A stretch of DNA of 64,000 nucleotides, taken from positions 608,001-672,000 of the forward strand of contig CAVSAC010000010.1 of the NCBI GenBank assembly GCA_963725865.1. The letters are read 5' to 3'. The DNA comes from Candidatus Eiseniibacteriota bacterium. GTDB taxonomy: Bacteria > Eisenbacteria > RBG-16-71-46. Below, one piece after another: positions 62,455 to 64,000 of this stretch. The notes below the pieces were generated by a model. It did not search any database, was not told the DNA's origin, and saw only the letters and a program-made list of their open reading frames with translations. The stretch's first letter is position 1. Each line of letters begins with the position of its first letter. Made by a program: the position numbers and the translations under genes.

Positions 62455-64000
62455 CCCGGATTATTCGTGAATCGTAGATAGCACGAAGGCCTCCTCCTGG
62501 TAGAAAGCGCTTGTTCAGGGAGCTTTCTCCACGGAAGGAGACCTTCGCGTGCGCGACTCTACCACGACACCGTGTGTGCTGTTCCCGGAGTTGTTCAACC
62601 GGCCGCTGACGGCCGCGTTCGACGTCCCGAACGCCAGCTCCGACGGCGGCGCGGTGCTGCTGAAGGCTGCGGATCGCCGGCTCGGCCTGATCCCGCGACT
62701 CGCGGCCGCGCTCGTCGATGAGCGGCAGCCTGGCAAGGTGCGCCACGGCCTGGTCGACCTGCTCGGCCAGCGCATCTACGGCCTGGCGCTCGGCTACGAG
62801 GACGCCAACGACGCCGCGCGGCTCGCCGACGACCCGATGCACAAGCTGCTGCTCGGGCGCGATCCGCTGCACCGGCGAGGCGCTGGCTTCGCAGCCGACG
62901 CTGTCGCGGTTCGAGAACGACGTCACCCGCGGCGAGTTGCTGGCGATGGGCGACGCCCTGTTCGAGGCCGTGCTCGATCGGCACCGCAAGCGTCGCCGCA
63001 AGGTGCGCCGGATCACCGTCGATCTCGACGTCACCGACGATCCCACGCACGGCGCGCAGCAGCTGAGCGTTCTTCAACGGCTTCTACGACACGCTGGTGC
63101 TACCTGCCGCTGCTGGCGTTCCTGAGCTTCGACCGCGAACCGCGAGCAGTACCTGTGCGCCGCGGCGCTGCGGCCCGGGCAACGCGCCCACCCACGCGCG
63201 GCGCGCTCACGCTGCTCAAGCGCATCGTCGGTCGGCTGCAGGAGCGCTTCCCGCGGGCCCGCATCCGCGTGCGTCTCGATGGCGGCTTCGCCGCGCCGGA
63301 GCTGTTCGAGTTCTTCGACCTCGTCGGCGTCGAGTACGTGGTCGCGATGGCCGAAGAACGAGGTCCTGGAGCGCCAGGCCGACCTCGACCTGATCGTCGC
63401 CCGCGTCCTGAGCGACGCCACGGGCAGGACCGAGCACGTCTACACCGACTTCGCCTACGCCGCCGGCACCTGGGACCGCGAGCGCCGCGTCGTGTGCAAG
63501 GCCGAGGTCGTCCGGCTCGAGGGTCGCGAGCCGAAGCTCAACGCTCGCTTCGTCGTCACCAACCTGGCGGGCCAGGCACAGCGGGTCTACGAGCGCATCT
63601 ACTGCCAGCGCGGCGAGATCGAGAACCGGATCAAGGAGCTGTTCGACGTCGCGCTCGACCGCACCAGTTGCTCGCGCTTCCTCGCCAACCAGCTCCGCGT
63701 GCTGCTCGCCGCGGCGGCCTACGTGCTGCTGCAGGAGCTGCGCCTCGCCGCCCGCGGCACCGCCTGGGCGCGCGCACAGGTGAACACCCTGCGACTCGAG
63801 CTGCTCAAGATCGGCGTCCAGGTCATCGCCTCGGCTCGCCGGCTCGTACTGCGCCTGCCGGCTGCGTTCCCGTACCGCGACGGCTGGCGAGTGCTCGCGC
63901 TAAAGAGCGGCGCCGTTCCCGGCTGAGATCGAACGCTTCGTCCGCATCGCAAAGCTCCGACATGATCGCGCGGGGCGGAGCTCCGACCGAATCTCACCCG
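62455..64000 (+). mobile_element. IS1380-family insertion sequence (right end probably beyond the window)
   Basis: Left end CCCGGATTATTC resembles IS1380-family TIRs, followed by the transposase. Confidence 0.8.
62549..63926 (+). pseudogene. IS1380-family DDE transposase with multiple +1 frameshifts (62870-63360)
   Basis: SSDGGAVLL, GYEDAND, LASQPTLSRFEN, DLDVTDDPTHG.QQ, RLDGGF and YCQRGEIENRIKE are spread across shifting frames. Confidence 0.85.

Overview
High-GC bacterial chromosomal window. The secreted proteins with FlgD-Ig-like C-terminal domains and the recurrent C-terminal TWGRLKxxYR motif suggest an uncultured FCB-related lineage such as Ca. Eisenbacteria (inference only). Routine content includes sucA (partial), an ABC exporter, mscL, osmC, nfuA, two OPT peptide transporters, a sigma54 two-component system, pirin, S9 and S46 peptidases, an MIO ammonia-lyase and an rmlC/rmlD-like sugar cluster. 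Two loci stand out and are transcribed divergently from one intergenic region. (1) On the minus strand, an archaeal-type gatE-gatD Glu-tRNA(Gln) amidotransferase is translationally coupled to a glutamine synthetase. (2) On the plus strand, a 12-gene group 4 membrane-bound [NiFe]-hydrogenase operon has an unusual soluble arm: a truncated FdhF-like protein lacking the catalytic Cys/Sec, plus AsrA/AsrB (HydB/HydG, Flx)-type Fe-S and FAD/NAD(P) subunits. This suggests a pyridine-nucleotide-linked energy-converting hydrogenase. At the right end, a 3' tRNA-Leu fragment probably marks an island junction, followed by a 141-bp-period NHL repeat gene and an IS1380-family element. Several genes carry apparent single-base insertions, most likely sequencing errors. 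No CRISPR array, rRNA or intact tRNA was seen.
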